This document shows, piece after piece, positions 1 through 13,329 of a stretch of 64,000 bases of DNA. Numbering within the stretch: position 1 is the stretch's first letter; the number at the start of each line of letters is the position of its first letter. Position numbers and translations under genes: made by a program. The notes under the pieces are model-generated. The model had not been told where the DNA came from. It saw nothing but the letters and a program-made list of their open reading frames with translations, and did no database searches. Origin of the DNA: Lama guanicoe (taxonomy: Eukaryota); contig MU053881.1 of assembly GCA_013239625.1 (NCBI GenBank), positions 1,054,001 to 1,118,000 on the forward strand, read 5' to 3'.

Positions 1-403
1 TGTAACCTGTTTCAGCATCACGCCCTCTGATAACAGACTCTCACAGACCGTCAGCCCATCCATGCTGTTGACTTTTCCTGTCTCTCGCCCGCCGTGTCTT
101 CTCTTCACCCCGATCCAGCTTCCTTCTCTGAAGTTACTTAAATACTCCTCACTCCTTGTGATCACTCTTGCTTTGTAACACTGGCTGGCGTCCTGATAGA
201 ATGACCTTTTCTACCTACTTTGGACCCTGGGAGTCCCCGAACAGAGCTGCAGGAAGACACTCAGGCTCACGGGCGGTCCCCTTTACAGGGCCTGTCACAG
301 TGCCCAGCGGGTCTTCAAGCTCCTGGCAGTCAGACCGCAGTCCCAGTGCTCTCCCCTTCCCAGGCCGCTTTTCCTGTCCTTCCTGTCTCAGCACCTCCTA
401 CAT

Positions 404-471
404 CACGTCCCCATCCTCATGCGCTCCCTGCTGGCTACACGTCCCCATCCTCATGCGCTCCCTGCTGGCTA
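404..471. repeat. Perfect 34-bp tandem duplication
   Basis: cacgtccccatcctcatgcgctccctgctggcta at 404-437 and 438-471. Confidence 0.95.
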
Positions 472-1289
472 TTGTCCTTTTTGGGCTCCCATTAAAGCAA
501 AACTCCCCCACGAGGAGTCACTGTCTCCAGTTCCTCTCCTCCCATTCTGTCTTAACCCCACTTGCCTTTTCTCCCATTACTTTCCCAAAGCGGTCCTCCT
601 CAGTGTCACTGATGACTTCCATGTTGCGAAATCCACTGGCTAGCCATCAGTTTCCCTTGATAGCATGTGATGGGGCTGGTCCCTCCTAGCCTTGGTGTGG
701 CTCACAGAACACCCTGTTCTTGTGGACTCTGACCCCACACTAGTCTTTGCTGACTGCCTCTCTTTCCTCCCCACTCTGAGTGTGTGGGTGGACCTCAGGG
801 CTCCATCCTTGGAGCCCTTCTCGTCTGCCTCCACACTTCCTGCTTGGCGTGTTCATCCGTCCTGGTGCTTTGGGTACCATTTGAATGTTGATGGCTCCCT
901 GATTTGTCTCTCGAGCCCAGACCTCTCTCCTGCACCCCAGACTCAATTCCCAACTGCCTTCTTGACCCTTGGATGCCTAACAGAAATAATGAACTCAGTA
1001 CCCTCACGGACACAGGCCTCACCCAGACCGCTGCTCCACCGGCTGCATCTTGTCTCTGTGGAGAGCGGATCCTCCCTCCATTTGCACAGCCAAAGGCCCT
1101 GAGTTACCACGGACCCCTCTTTCCCTCTCACACCCCTTGTACAGCCTGTCAGGAAGCCTGTTGGCTTCACTTTCCAAAGCCACCCAGAGCCTGACCACCC
1201 CTCCTCCCCTCCGCTGGTCCCACCTCAGGCTAAGCCACCCTCTCTGCCTAGGTGGCTGCAGCGACCTCCTCACAAGCCTCCCTGCCTCA

Positions 1290-1523
1290 CCCCCTGCCAC
1301 CTCCCAGCCCCCCGCTAGCCTCAGTGCAGCAGCAATCATTCTTTTCTCTCTAATGGCTTTACTGAGATATAATTCACATACCATACAATTCCCCCATTTA
1401 AAGCCCCCTGCCACCTCCCAGCCCCCCGCCAGGGTCTAGCCTCACTGCAGCAGCAATCATTCTTTTCTCTCTAATGGCTTTACTGAGATATAATTCACAT
1501 ACCATACAATTCCCCCATTTAAA
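1290..1523. repeat. 113/120-bp tandem duplication
   Basis: Copies at 1290-1402 and 1404-1523 differ by a 7-bp indel and one substitution. Confidence 0.95.
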
Positions 1524-1745
1524 ATGTACAATTCAGTGACTCCTAATATATTCTCAGAGTTGTGCAGCCATTACCACATCAGTCTAGGATGTTTTCATCA
1601 CCCCCAGAAGACCCCACACTCCTTAGGTATCCCCGGACATCTCTCCCTCCCCCCACCCCTAGGCAGACACTAATCACCTTCTTGTCTCCATGGATTTGCC
1701 TGTTCCAGGCATTTTATGTAAATGGAATCCCACAATACGCCACTC
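1462..1745 (-). mobile_element. Old L1M 3' end inserted into L2
   Basis: ctttactgagatataattcacataccatacaatt...tgtacaattcagtg; aatcattct / agtcattct possible TSD. Confidence 0.8.
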
Positions 1746-1963
1746 TCCTCCAGTCATTCTCGGATGCCTTCAGACAGATCATGTCTGTCCTCTGCCTAAA
1801 CCCCTACAGTGGCCCCCACTTCATTCAGCGTAAGAGACACGGTCTTCACCGTCTCCCAGCCCCTGTGTGACCTGGCCCTTGGCCTCTCGGAGCCACTGCC
1901 CGCTGCCTTCCTCCTGGCCTCCCTGCTCTGCACAGGCTCTTCCTTCTGCCTGGATGCTCCTTC

Positions 1964-2508
1964 TGTGACTCCAAGGAGGGGAAAAACCTTGGTTCTTGTT
2001 TTGCCTGAAAGAGAAGAATTCAGATGGGAGATGTAAGCTCTGTGTAGTGAAAGATTTTCAAGATTTTATTAGTAGAGCAGAAGTCCACGTCCCAGGACGG
2101 GGGGCGGACTGATGCAAGGGCGGACAGCAGGTTTCTCTGCTTGCCCCTTGCCTTACGCCCTTGCTCAGAGGTGGCCTCCTGATGGACGGCTCTTGCCCCC
2201 AGAGGGCTCAGTCATGCTCGTCCCCTTCCGTGCGTGTCCTCACCCGTGATGCACACAGAAAAACCCATGGGGGGAGGGGCTAAGCCACAACGCTGATGTA
2301 TTACAGTGAGCATTGGGTCACATCCGAATAGGTCCTTGTCACTACTGCTCAGGTGCGGCCATCAGGGTCTAACCCATCTCTTGCTGGTGCTCATTTAGAG
2401 GAAGTAAAGCCCTTTTATGCTGAAGACGCACATTCCGCCAACTTCCAACCATCCTCCCTCTCCTCTGCCTTATCTGCCCGGTGCCCCCACTTACCTAACT
2501 ACCTAACG
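1964..2508 (-). mobile_element. Solo ERV LTR inserted in L2
   Basis: Starts TG, ends AACG (decayed CA); near-TSD cttc/tttc; minus-strand AATAAA at about 2065; the L2 sequence resumes exactly after it. Confidence 0.65.
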
Positions 2509-5500
2509 TTTCCTCAGATGCCCCCACGACTCCCTCCTTCACCTCATTCCGGTCTTTGCCCACATATCCCCTTTCAATGAGATATACCTCGACCACTAGA
2601 GTATTTCATAACCTGCCTCCTCCCCCCCCACCCCCCCACCATGGTGGCCCTGGCACTCCCAGTCCATCCACTCTTCATTTCTTTCTCTCCCTGGGCAGCC
2701 CCTCCCCCTACTGGAGTCAACATCTCGCGAGGCTCAGCGACATTGACAAGCTAGGGCGTGACACGGGGCTTCAGGGCTGGGGGTGAGGCTTTGCCTGTCC
2801 ACTCAGTGCAGCTGGAGCAGGAGGGGAGCCCGGACTACGACTAGGGGCTGATGGGCGTGGGGGTGACAGGACGCAGGGCTGAGGCAGAACGATGCCTGAG
2901 GAGGGGATGAACCAGATGAGGGGTGACCTGTGCCCTGGCAGGTAGGGAGGCCTATTGGAGCAATCCTGGTGCAGAGGGGACCCCGGGACCCACTGGGATG
3001 TCTGCCTGGGGCTCACATGGTTCATGCGGGGGCCCAGGACTGGGGCCAAGTTGGTCGGCATCAGTACTGGAGTCTATGTTTGGTTTGGAAAGAGGCGGTC
3101 CACCCTCCTTCCCACCTCCCTCCCCACTCCCCTCTCCCCCAAGGCTAGGCTTGGCACACCAGCACCTTCACTGGCCCGGTCTGGGTACCTGGGGTCAAGA
3201 TGGGGAGAAGGCTCTCTCCCCCATTACCTGGAAGTTGGGCAGCACCAACCCCTGCACCGGAGAAGAAGGGCCGGGTGAGTTTCTTAAGGCTTCCCAGCTG
3301 ATTGTCTTTGGCGTCCATCAGATCAGCACTTGGCCCGGGCCTGTCACAGCTGGCAGAACTCGGACACACGTAGGTGGATGGGCACTTGATTCCCCAAGCA
3401 CGAAGGACATCATCTCTGTTCCACACCCTGTGAGCATTTTGCAGTGTCCTGCGACGCGGGGGCAGCCTCCTTTTCTTGCTCCTGGTTTATTCCTTCATCC
3501 TGCCTTGCATAAGCCGTGGCTGGGACCTGCCTCTCGGCCAGGGCTGGTGGTCTAGAGGTGAATTCAACATGTGCTTTTCCTTCGGGAGCTTGTGAATTTA
3601 ACAATTCCATGTGGTCAATGTTTTAGCAGAGAACACAGGGTGCTGTGAGAGTCTGGAAAAGGGAGTGACTCGCTCTGTCTGTAGGGTTATGAGCTGGGGC
3701 ACGGGCCTGGGTTTTAAAGACTGAATAGGAGTCTTCCAGGAAAGGCCACAGTGGGCACTGTGGGCAGAGCAAGCTGTATTTTCTAGGACCCATGGCTGTA
3801 AATGCATTGCAGGGCCGTCAGCAGGTCTCCCGGGCAGGAGACAAGTGTAAGTGGTGACAGAGGGGCAGGGGCTGGTCAGGCCTTGGCCAGTGAGGCTCCC
3901 ACTCCTGGTGGGGGGGTCTGGGTCAGCCTGGGAACCGCTGCAGGGCCGACGTGGCGAGGTCTGTGCAGAGGCCAGTGCCAGCTGAGTGGAGGTAATGAGG
4001 TGTGACCTCATCACTCGCAGAGGAGAGGCGGCAGAATTCGAGGAACGAAGTGGAAAGGTGCCAGGATTTGATGACTTTTTGGATGCAGAGGGGAGATGGA
4101 CGGTCAGCGGTGCTTTCCAGGATACGGGTAGGAAAGGCGCCAGTTTGCCTGGGGCTCGTTGACATGAAGGGGAGTTGTGGGCAGCTGGGTGGCAGGTCTG
4201 GAGCCCGGGGGGGTGGTGCAGGCTGTAGATGGGCAGGCCCCTCAGCCCGCACATGGTCCTGCAGGTGGAGGCAGCAGGTGTGGAAGGAGGGGAGCAGAGA
4301 CTGAGTGTGACACCCAGAGGATGCAAAGTGCTCCATGGTGAACAGACAGACCCGGGCGTGGAGGGCCCCAGTCTCCCGAGCTCAGTCTGCTATGGGGATC
4401 CGCCTCGCATCCGCTCCGAGCTTAGAACTGGCAGATTTCTCCTGGGACACCCCACCTGGGAGATAGGATGCAGCGCGTTCAGAATTCCCTGCAGAGCAGG
4501 GGTTAAGCCCCGTGGGGCAGTAGTGTCTCTGGGTGCCTACTGTGGATGCCGGTGCAGCAGGGAGGTTCTCTGGGGGCAGATGGCATGAACAGCGTCCCGC
4601 GGCCCTGCGTCAGGGTGGGGTTACTGGCTGGTAGGACGCCCACAGTCAGTGGTGTGGCAGGGGGCCGGGCTGGGGGAGGACCTGGAAGCCAGGTCCGGGC
4701 TGCAGGAGGGGCTGGACAGCTGTGAACCCGTCTTGGTGACCCCACAGCTTTTTTGTCTTCTGACCTACCTGGCTCAAGACAGTGTCCAGTGAGGGAGCGG
4801 CTGATTGGCTAGAAGAAGGCTGTGTGCCCGTGAGGGACCAGTGATTCCTGGGAACAGGAACACAGCTGGGCTGCTGCTCCAGGAAGGGAGACTGGATGCT
4901 GGGCAGTCCCCCAAACCTTGGTGCCTGGTCCTTGCACCTTTCTGAGTGAGGACGTGTGTGCGAGCGTGAGTCTGTGCTCGGAGTACACTGCCCCGATCTC
5001 AGGTGTGTAAGAGAAACCTGATTCCCTTCCATTTTTTGGAAGCCCCACTGTGCTAAAAAGTGAAGGAGACCACACAGGTACATTTTAAGTGTGTGCGTGA
5101 AATAAAAGAAGTCTTATACCAAGGCACAAACACGCTGTCAAGTCCATAGCCCCCACCAGACAAGGGTCCCAGCGATAGGACCGCAGGCCTCCCCCTCCAG
5201 ATCTCACCCTCTCTGTGCACCTGTGTGCACAGCCTCACAGGTGTCACATCCTGCGTGTGTTTCTGATGTATATTGGAGTTTAGGTCTCCCTCTGGCCTCC
5301 CTTAGGCCCTGGACAGGTCATTGTGTGTGTGATGACGGCCTCTGGACCTGCCCATGCTTGTCACAGCTGAGCCCAGGGAAGCATTTCAGGACCAACACCT
5401 GCTGGCGAAGGGAGGGCCGGGCTGTGCCTCCTAGTCACTCCACCCACCCAGGCGCCTGCCCACCTTGCCTGCTAGCCGGCCCCACCCACCCTCCTGGATC

Positions 5501-6551
5501 TCCTCTCGCTAAACCACTTAATCCTGCAATGTATTTCCTCCGACAGGCCAGCCCATCGATCGGGACTCTCAGGGACTTGATTACAGTGCTTTCTAACAAA
5601 GTCAAAAGCAAATTTCCACGAGAGGTTTGTAGTTAAGTAATTATGGGGCTTGGTGTGTATGTGCCAAGGCGCAGAATTGTGTGGGGCAGGGATGTCAAGG
5701 GAAAAGGTCAGAAAATTAAATGAGGAAGAAAGAAGGTGAGCATTAGCGAGAGAGGCCGGGCAGGGGCTCCCAGCAGCCTGGAGGAGGGTGCGAAAGGGGA
5801 GTTGTAAAAACAAGCCATTTCACGCTTAATTACAATTTCCCATAAGGTGCTTAGAGAGTGATGATGTGCATTGAACTTGGACAATTAATGTAATTAAATA
5901 TTCATGGTGCCTGCGGCCCATTTCCTGCCTGGGGATGTCTTTGGAAGCAGAAGTGATTCTTCTTGGAGGTGATTTCAAGAGCAGCCTGGGAAGGGGGGCT
6001 TCTGGGGGCTGGGCCTGAGGGCTGCTCCCCTGAGCCCCACGTTGGGGCGGGACCTCTCAGAAGAGCTTTTTAAGGCAGCAGCCGGAGGCCCAGGCGGGGC
6101 TGGGTATCACTCACCTGTGGGGAAAGAAACAGGGGCCTGGTGTTTGTGACCAGTTCCCATACTTTGCTCAGTTCCAGGCCATTTCAGTCTGACTCGGGCT
6201 GTCACCCTCTTTCCCCGATTCTCTGATGGAGGGCCTTAAGGCCCCTTCACGTACCCTGAGCCCCAGCCGTTCATGTGCATTGAGCATGTCCTCTGTGAGC
6301 CCTTGCTGAGGTCATTATGCCTATTTTTCAGATGGGGAAATGGAGGCCCAGAGAGGGAGTGGCTTGGCCATGTCAGTCACTGTGGGGCCGCAGGCCACCG
6401 GCTCACTTTTTCTTTTTTTTTTTTTCCTTCAGAACCTGACAGATGGGGGGGGGGGGCTCCTGGGAGCTGGGCATGCCAGGCGTGGAGCCGAGGTGGCAGA
6501 CTGACCTGGGAGCCCAGCTTTGGCTGGTAGCACAGGGCTCACATAATTTTT

Positions 6552-6660
6552 GAATTTTTTTTATTTTATTCTTTTCCCCTTAAAGGAGGCACTGGGATTG
6601 AACCCAGGACCTCATGCATGGCAAGCACGTGCTCTACCACTGAGCTATACCCCCTGATCC
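6552..6660 (-). mobile_element. tRNA-Ala-derived SINE (camelid Vic-1-like), antisense to the gene
   Basis: Reverse complement reads ggggtatagctcagtggtagagcacgtgcttgccatgcatgaggtcctgggttcaatcccagtgcctcc plus an A-rich tail; degenerate TSD gctcacataattttt / gctcacgttattttt. Confidence 0.88.
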
Positions 6661-7630
6661 GCTCACGTTATTTTTAAATTGCCTTCTGATATCTAAGGAA
6701 CGGATACTTCACATGCAAATCCAGATTTCTGACTTCTTTACACTCAACGCCCAGTAACGTGGACCTTCCTCCTCCCAGCCACTGCCTTCCAGCATTCCAC
6801 CCCTCCCTGCCCCGTGGCCTGAGGCTGCACTTCCACATGGCTTCTCTTGGGGGAAATATTTCTCAGTTAAGACTGTAAAAAACAAAAGATAAGCCAAGAG
6901 GGCCTGTGTTTCCAGGGAGAAATGGGAGAGCATATTTCTTTCTGGAGATGCAGGCTGTTTCTCTGTGTTTGATACGTAAGCAAGGTGTGTCTGGGTCAAA
7001 GAGGGGAGGCATCGTGCCACGCCCAGCCTGGCCACCTGCGGTCCCTGCCGGCACCAAATCCTTGGCTGGCTGGCACAGTGGGGACCCTCAGGACTGGGTT
7101 GGGGGGGCCCAGTAAGTGTCGCGTTGGCATGACGCATGGCCCGAGGCTTGGGTCAGCAGCGGTGTCTTCTCCGATGGCTCCCGCAGGCTGTCAGGAAGTG
7201 CCGGGAGCCATGGCAACGGCTCTCCCAGGAGAAGTGGGTAGGTCAGTAGCCGCAGCAGACCCGCTGCAAGGCCAGGCCAAGCCCTCTGAACGTGCAGCCT
7301 CCACCCACCCCTAGCCTCCCGGCCGCCCCCTGCTCCACCCCTGTAAAAAATGGCCAGGAAAGGAGCAGACGGACCTCCCCTCAAGGTGCTGCTCACAGCT
7401 GCTCCTGCCAGGGAAATGCCGGCAGCGACTGCTTCCACGCCAGCAGCCCCGTGGGCCCTCCCAGCCTCGGTCTGCTCAGAAGTAGCCTCAGGGTAACAGT
7501 CATTTTTCATGTATCCAACAGGTGGTTTGGGCCCTGGTTTATTGATTTGTTTTTGCCAAGTTCCTTGTGAGTGTCTGGGGACCTGGAGAGGGGTCAAAGG
7601 GGGCCTCAGTCTTCCAGGAATTCCCCATAG

Positions 7631-7737
7631 TGTGTGCATGTGTGTGTGTGTGAATGCGAGTGTGGGTGAGTGGTGAGCTTGTGAGAGTGAGCGTGCATGC
7701 GTGTGTGCTTGTGCGCACACGCATGAATGTGTGTGTT
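7631..7737. repeat. Degenerate (TG)n simple repeat
   Basis: Purine-pyrimidine alternation seen directly. Confidence 0.85.
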
Positions 7738-10700
7738 GGGGAACAAGTCAGAGCAAGTCGACAAGTCTGTGATGGTCACATGGCCCCGGGATGCTGCATG
7801 GAGGTTATCCTGCAGATAAGACGGGCCTGGCAGATGGTCGGGACTGAAATACTGGAGGAGTAAATGAACCAATGAATGAATGAATGAAAACGTAGGTTTT
7901 GGGGACCAGGGAAAGATCCACCAACTCAGTCTGGGGGAGGGCCTGGGGAGGGGCAGGCAGTCAGGAACTTCCCCAACAGGAGGAGAGTCGGGGCTGTACC
8001 TAGAAGGAGGAGCAGGCTTGGCCGGGCAGACAGGGGTAGCTGGTCAGAGAGGGTGTTTCTGCCCCAGTGAGCAAGCTTCAGGGATGGGAGAAGCCCCGAG
8101 TGGAGGCGGGCAGGTGGGCCAGGGTGGGGTCGTGCGAGGCCTTCCTGCCCTACTCGGCGCTGTAGGAGATGGGACCCGGGACCCGCAGGCCCCAGCAGCC
8201 CTCTTGGTGTCCGCGTGCTGGGGTGGCTGGGTGGGGTGGCGGCACACGCCGTCATGACAGTGGCCCCGCTGCCCGGCACAGACAGGCAGGAGCACCGTGG
8301 TCCAGGGTCTGACTTGCACAGACACTGGCTGGGTCATACCTGCTGTTAAACCAGTAAAGGAAACCCCAAACCTTACAACATGATGACTCTGAGGTTCTCT
8401 GCCCGCCCAGCCACCGGCCTGTCCTCTGGAGCCCTTGTCCAGGGCAGCCAGGGGCCTGGTGAGCTGGCCCCGCGCCATCGTCTCTGCAGGAAGCGCAGCC
8501 CTCGGGCGGCCGCGGGGCCCTGGCTTGGAGGGCATCCCCTACGCCCTCCCCGCAGTCTGTTAGGAAAGGCCCATGTGAGGCTGCGTCACGGATTAAATTT
8601 ACAGGTTTCAGCACTTGCTCTCATTTCTCATTTCCTCCCCTCTCTGGTTGGGGCTGATCAAATTAAGCCCCGTCAACACCGTGGTCTGACAGGAGGCTTG
8701 GTGCGGGGGGAGCACGGAGAGTGTGTCTCCGTGGCAGCCCCAGGTCCTCACGGAGGAGGGGTCCCCTGCCTTCCTCCTCGGTGACTGTAGCCTCTGAAGG
8801 CAGGAAGCATCATGGGAGAGGGGCATGTGGGCTTCTCAGTCCCGTGGGCGGGCCTCCCCGAATGTCAGTTGGGAGGCCTCAGCCCCAGGGCTGCCCCATT
8901 GCCCTTCTGGCCCCGGGGGGCGAGGGCAGTCCCCCGGACTCCGCTCTTTAGCAGGCCCTGGACCTGCCCAGTGTGGGATCTTCGGAATCTTTCTGTCCAC
9001 TATCCTGCTCCGTCCACAGAAAGGTTTTAAAGCAAAAGGACCTCACGCACGTGCACGTCCCAAGCAGGCACTGACTGCAGAGTCCATGCGAAGGGCACAC
9101 CTACCCCTAGAGCTGTGCCAGGCACTGCTGAGCGTGGAGACCCTGAGTCTGGGCCCTCAGCGTCTCTCTCCTACTGTCCAGTGCCCACTCCTGCTTAGAC
9201 CATCTCAACAGCTCAGAGCAAGATACCAACAAGGCAAAGAGCGAGGCGGGCAGGGTGCTGAGCAGCTGAGGACTGCCATGGAAACGCTGTCCTGCTCCTC
9301 CCAGGCCTTGTTAGAGCCCCACAGCTCAGGGCTGGAAGGGGACGCGGTGAGGCGGAGTGTGTGTCCTTGTGCCTCAGGGTCACGGCGGGTGTGGCTCTGG
9401 GGCAAGGCCCCCGGCTTGGCGTGTGACCCCCTCCTTTCAGCAGCCTCTTGTCCACCAGCCCCAGGGCAGCTGGCTCGGAGCGGTGCTGTCCGAGCTTGGG
9501 TGCAGTGGGCTGAGCTGGATTTCTGGAGTCAGACACCTTACCTGCTGCTCTGATCCCATGTGCCAGAGCGTGACCTGGGCCTGTCCCTCCATCTGCACAA
9601 GAGGGGCTCCATCCCTGCTCCACAGGGCCACTGGGAGAATAAACAAGGGATGTCCGTAAAGTCTCGATGTCCCTGGTGTCATCTGATCATCAACGGTAGG
9701 GGCCATTTCCCATCACGCTGCTTATGACGGTGCCTGGGAACTCTCCCTCCTAGGAAGGTGGCTTGATGCTGCAGTGTGGCCCATCCTGCAGTGCCACCTT
9801 GAGTCCCAGTGTCAGCCAGGGGAGCCACTTGTCCCGGCCCCAGCACCCCTGTGTGCTAGGTTCCCGGTGGGGCCAGGAGGGGTACAGCAGGGGACGAGGA
9901 GCGGAGGACAGTCCAGGCCCAGGCCAAGGGAGGGGGTGTGGACAGGCTGCTGAGAGTCCGTGCAACAGTGAGCCTTGAGCAGGGCTGGGCAGCGTCCCAC
10001 ACCTGCTGCCTGTGCTGGCACCAGGCCCCTCTCAAAGCACCAGGACCACCACCCTGCAGAGTCCTTGCCCACCCTGCATGACTCGGGGCTTCATATTGGA
10101 GAAGATGAAGGGACTAATGGGAGAAGCAGGTGGGCAGTTGGAGAGAAACGCACCCTGTGGAACTTGGATTTGGAGGCTCCAAAGACACTGAGGAGCTGGT
10201 TCCTGGTGGAGGCATGAGCTGGGGCCGTGACAGAGGGTTGGGGTGCGGGGTTGGGGGGCAGGTTCAGAGACCCTTAGGATGAGGGTGGAGCGACTTTGTG
10301 GGTGGGGAGAAGCAGGCCCTGCTCCTGGTGCGGGCCCGAGTGGGTGCAGCTGCCATGACCCGAGGCGGGCAGTGCCGTGGGGTGGGGGGTGGAGAAGGCA
10401 TTTAGTCCTGGAATTCTGAGCGTGGGGTGACTGAGGGCCTTCTGGGTAGCGATGCCTCGGAGGCTGCTGGATGTCCAAATCTAGGACTCCGGAGCGTGGG
10501 CTTTCTCTGCCTGTGACGCCTTTGTGCAAGCTGTGCCCGGGCGGAAACTGCGAGGACCGGGGACCCTCGACGTCACCCGTCAGCACCCCGCTTGCCAAGC
10601 CTCCCACTTTCTCTACGTTCAAAACGAAATCCCAGGGAATCCTCCCTTCTGTTGGGACCTGTGGGTGTCTGTGTTTTGTTCTGAAGTTCACAGTAAATAT

Positions 10701-13329
10701 TTTCATTAAACGATCTGCCAGTCTCTCCATTGTATCCCGCCATCTGGCTGCTGCGGGCTGGTGAGCAGCTGTGCGGAGGTAACTTGGGGCCAGTTCCCCT
10801 TCCCCCCACTGACCGCCAGCAGACAGGCCGTTTTTAGGGACCTGCCCTGCCTTGGCTGTGCACAGGAGCTCGCCAGGGCAGGACTTGCAGCCCCAGTTCC
10901 CAGGGGCCTGGTGGCTGAAGGAGCCTTCGTGCATCCCTGGACCTGGGTGGGCTTCCGAAGCCAGGTGGATGGTGGTTCGGGGGAGCAGGAGTTGCAGAGC
11001 GGGGCAGGGGTGTTAGCGGCCCTCCGTGTGAGGGCTGTGGACGGCGGGCCCTGGGCACTGCTGCAAAGAGCTTCTGGGCATTCAGCAGGGCCCCACTGGT
11101 TTGGGCTGAACCTCAGTGGCCTCAGCACTCCTGCAGGTACCCTTACTTCTCAAAGACACGTATCTGTGGGCGCCCAGCCCCCTTCTCTTGGCCGCATACC
11201 TTAAATCCGCAGTGGGCTTTCTCTCTCCCTGCCCTGTCTGCACTGGAGTTCCTCCGAAACTAGGAGATGCAACAGAGCAGCCCCGCGTGATGCTAAGTCT
11301 CAGGGCGCTCTGGCTACAAAACCAAGAGACGGTGTCTAGCCTCGACCAGTGCATGTGGCTGTGTGTGAGTGTGTGTTTGTGTATGTGGCGGGGGCATGTT
11401 AGGACTCTTGTGGTTTCAAGGCAGAATCCAAATGAACTGACTCAAAAGAGCTGGAGTCTGGGGGTCTATCAGCTTCGCATGCGGCTGAAATCGGGCCCTA
11501 ACGGATGTCTGTCACCTGTTCCTTCCATCTCTCAGCCCTGCTTCTCCTGAGAGGAGGAGGTGCCCACAGCACCTGCCTGGGCCATGTGGGTGCACTTGGA
11601 GCTGGGGGTTCAGTGGGGGGCGGGGAGGTTCACCAGGAGACAATCAAGGAGCGTCACCCAGAGAAGGGGTGGGCTGCCCCGCAGCATAGCTCCAGGTGGC
11701 TCCGTTCGCCTCCTGGGGGCAGGGGTGCTGGGCAGTCTGGGTGTTTCCTGTCCACCACCCAGGAGCATTGGCCCCCCCATCCCTGGGAGGGCATGCCCTG
11801 GGGGCAGTCTCTTTCCCTTTCTCAAGACCCTCCACCATTTCCGCCCAGAGGTCTGTAAGGGTAAGCAGACCTGGGACTCCAGACAACGTTCGCATCTTGC
11901 AGCTCTGGTCTCTGAGATTCGGTGCAGCTGTTACAGATGTGGCCCTGCTGGACGAGTGCTGAGGGGCTGGCCGGGCCCCAGGAGCCCCTCCCCGCTCCTC
12001 CCCTCCACCTCGAGTCATAAAAATGACACTGGATGAGCTGCGTCTGCTGGAGTTGCCAAAATTAATTCCGGTTCAGTAATAAAGTTATAAAGGGCTGGGA
12101 TGAAATAATCTTAATGAGCTTCTTTTAATAAAGCTCACCAGTGGGGCTCTGTGCTGATGGCCCCCAAGGGGCTGAGCCTCTTTCTGCTTTTCAGAGCCTT
12201 CAAAGAGCCTGCCAGCTTCCAAACAGGGCTTTCGCCGTGTCCTCATTATGCTGCTACATAAACATATTTTATCTTAATGATCATCTTTAGGGGAATTTGC
12301 AGTCACGGAGGGCTTGTTTCTTGGTCGTTGATAAATGGAAAGGATGACTTTGCTCCAGATGACCTGCCCGGGACGGCGGTGCCAGCGTGCTCCTCCAGGC
12401 TGCTGGTGTGCAGGACTCTGGGCCTGGCACGCCGGCCCTGCAGGGGCCTGTGTGGGTTACAGAGGGAGAGCTGGGCTGGCCCTCTGGCCCTGGTCTAGTT
12501 CCATGGGTGTCACTCTCCCCTTAACAACATGGCATTTCCTGCTGTGCAGGGCGGTTGTAGAGATTCAAGATTCAGGGGCTTCTGAGCACTGGGGAGGGGA
12601 GAGCATTCCTTCGCATCCCCGTGCTTGACGAGTTGGGCGGTAGCAGAGCCCTGGGCGAGCACACCCATCCCCCCATGTGCTCGCCAGCAAAGGCCAGGGG
12701 TGTGGAAACTGCTCAGGGCAATGGGAGCCGTAGGGGATCCTGGAAAGCACCAGCCTTGGAGTTCACAGCCTGCCTGACACTGAGATCATAAAAAAGCATT
12801 TAGCTGAATTTTCTTCTAGCACTTCTATGAGTTCATTTTCATCATCCTCAGTGCAGGGTCAGGATTTGATCTTTTCTTCCTCTATCTAACCAGTTGTTCC
12901 AACATCATTTAAGAAAAGAAACCATTTATCTCCACAAATTATTCTCTCTCCTTTGCCCCTGCAGTGAGCAACTGTTCTCAGAACAAAAGGATCAAAGGGT
13001 ATCCTTTTGTTAGTGTGTATTTTTGCAAAATCAGGGTTGCTCCTTGACTGTGTGTGCTACATTGCATCTCATTCTGTTTCTTACTTTTTTGCCCCCAGCA
13101 CTCTAAGATCAGCCTGTTTATGTGGGTGTCAGACTTCATACCTCTGCTTGGCACTGTGTGAGTTCTCACCTCCTAACTCCCCCTGGCCTACCCCAGCAGT
13201 GCTGTCGTGAACAGGTCTCGGCTGCCTCCTGAGGGACCCGTGCGAGCTTGTCAGTCTGCATGCCTCATCCCGGGGAGGGGGCCATCTGACGCAGAGCTGT
13301 CACCCGGGGGTCACCCTTCACCATCCTCC

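Larger units (their letters stand above)
1..2690 (+). mobile_element. Fragmented L2 (interrupted by an L1 fragment and an LTR)
   Basis: Pyrimidine-rich decayed sequence with L2 hallmarks (ttccatgttgcgaaatccactgg, tcgagcccagacctctctcctg, ttctgcctggatgctc); boundaries approximate. Confidence 0.7.

Noticed and set aside
10032..10934. 300-aa minus-strand ORF, and the many other 150-260 aa ORFs (e.g. 3598-4326, 8825-9553, 51709-52443, 62239-63027)
   Set aside because: P/G/A/R/S-rich with no recognisable domain. Expected by chance in GC-rich stop-poor intron, or antisense shadows of real exons.
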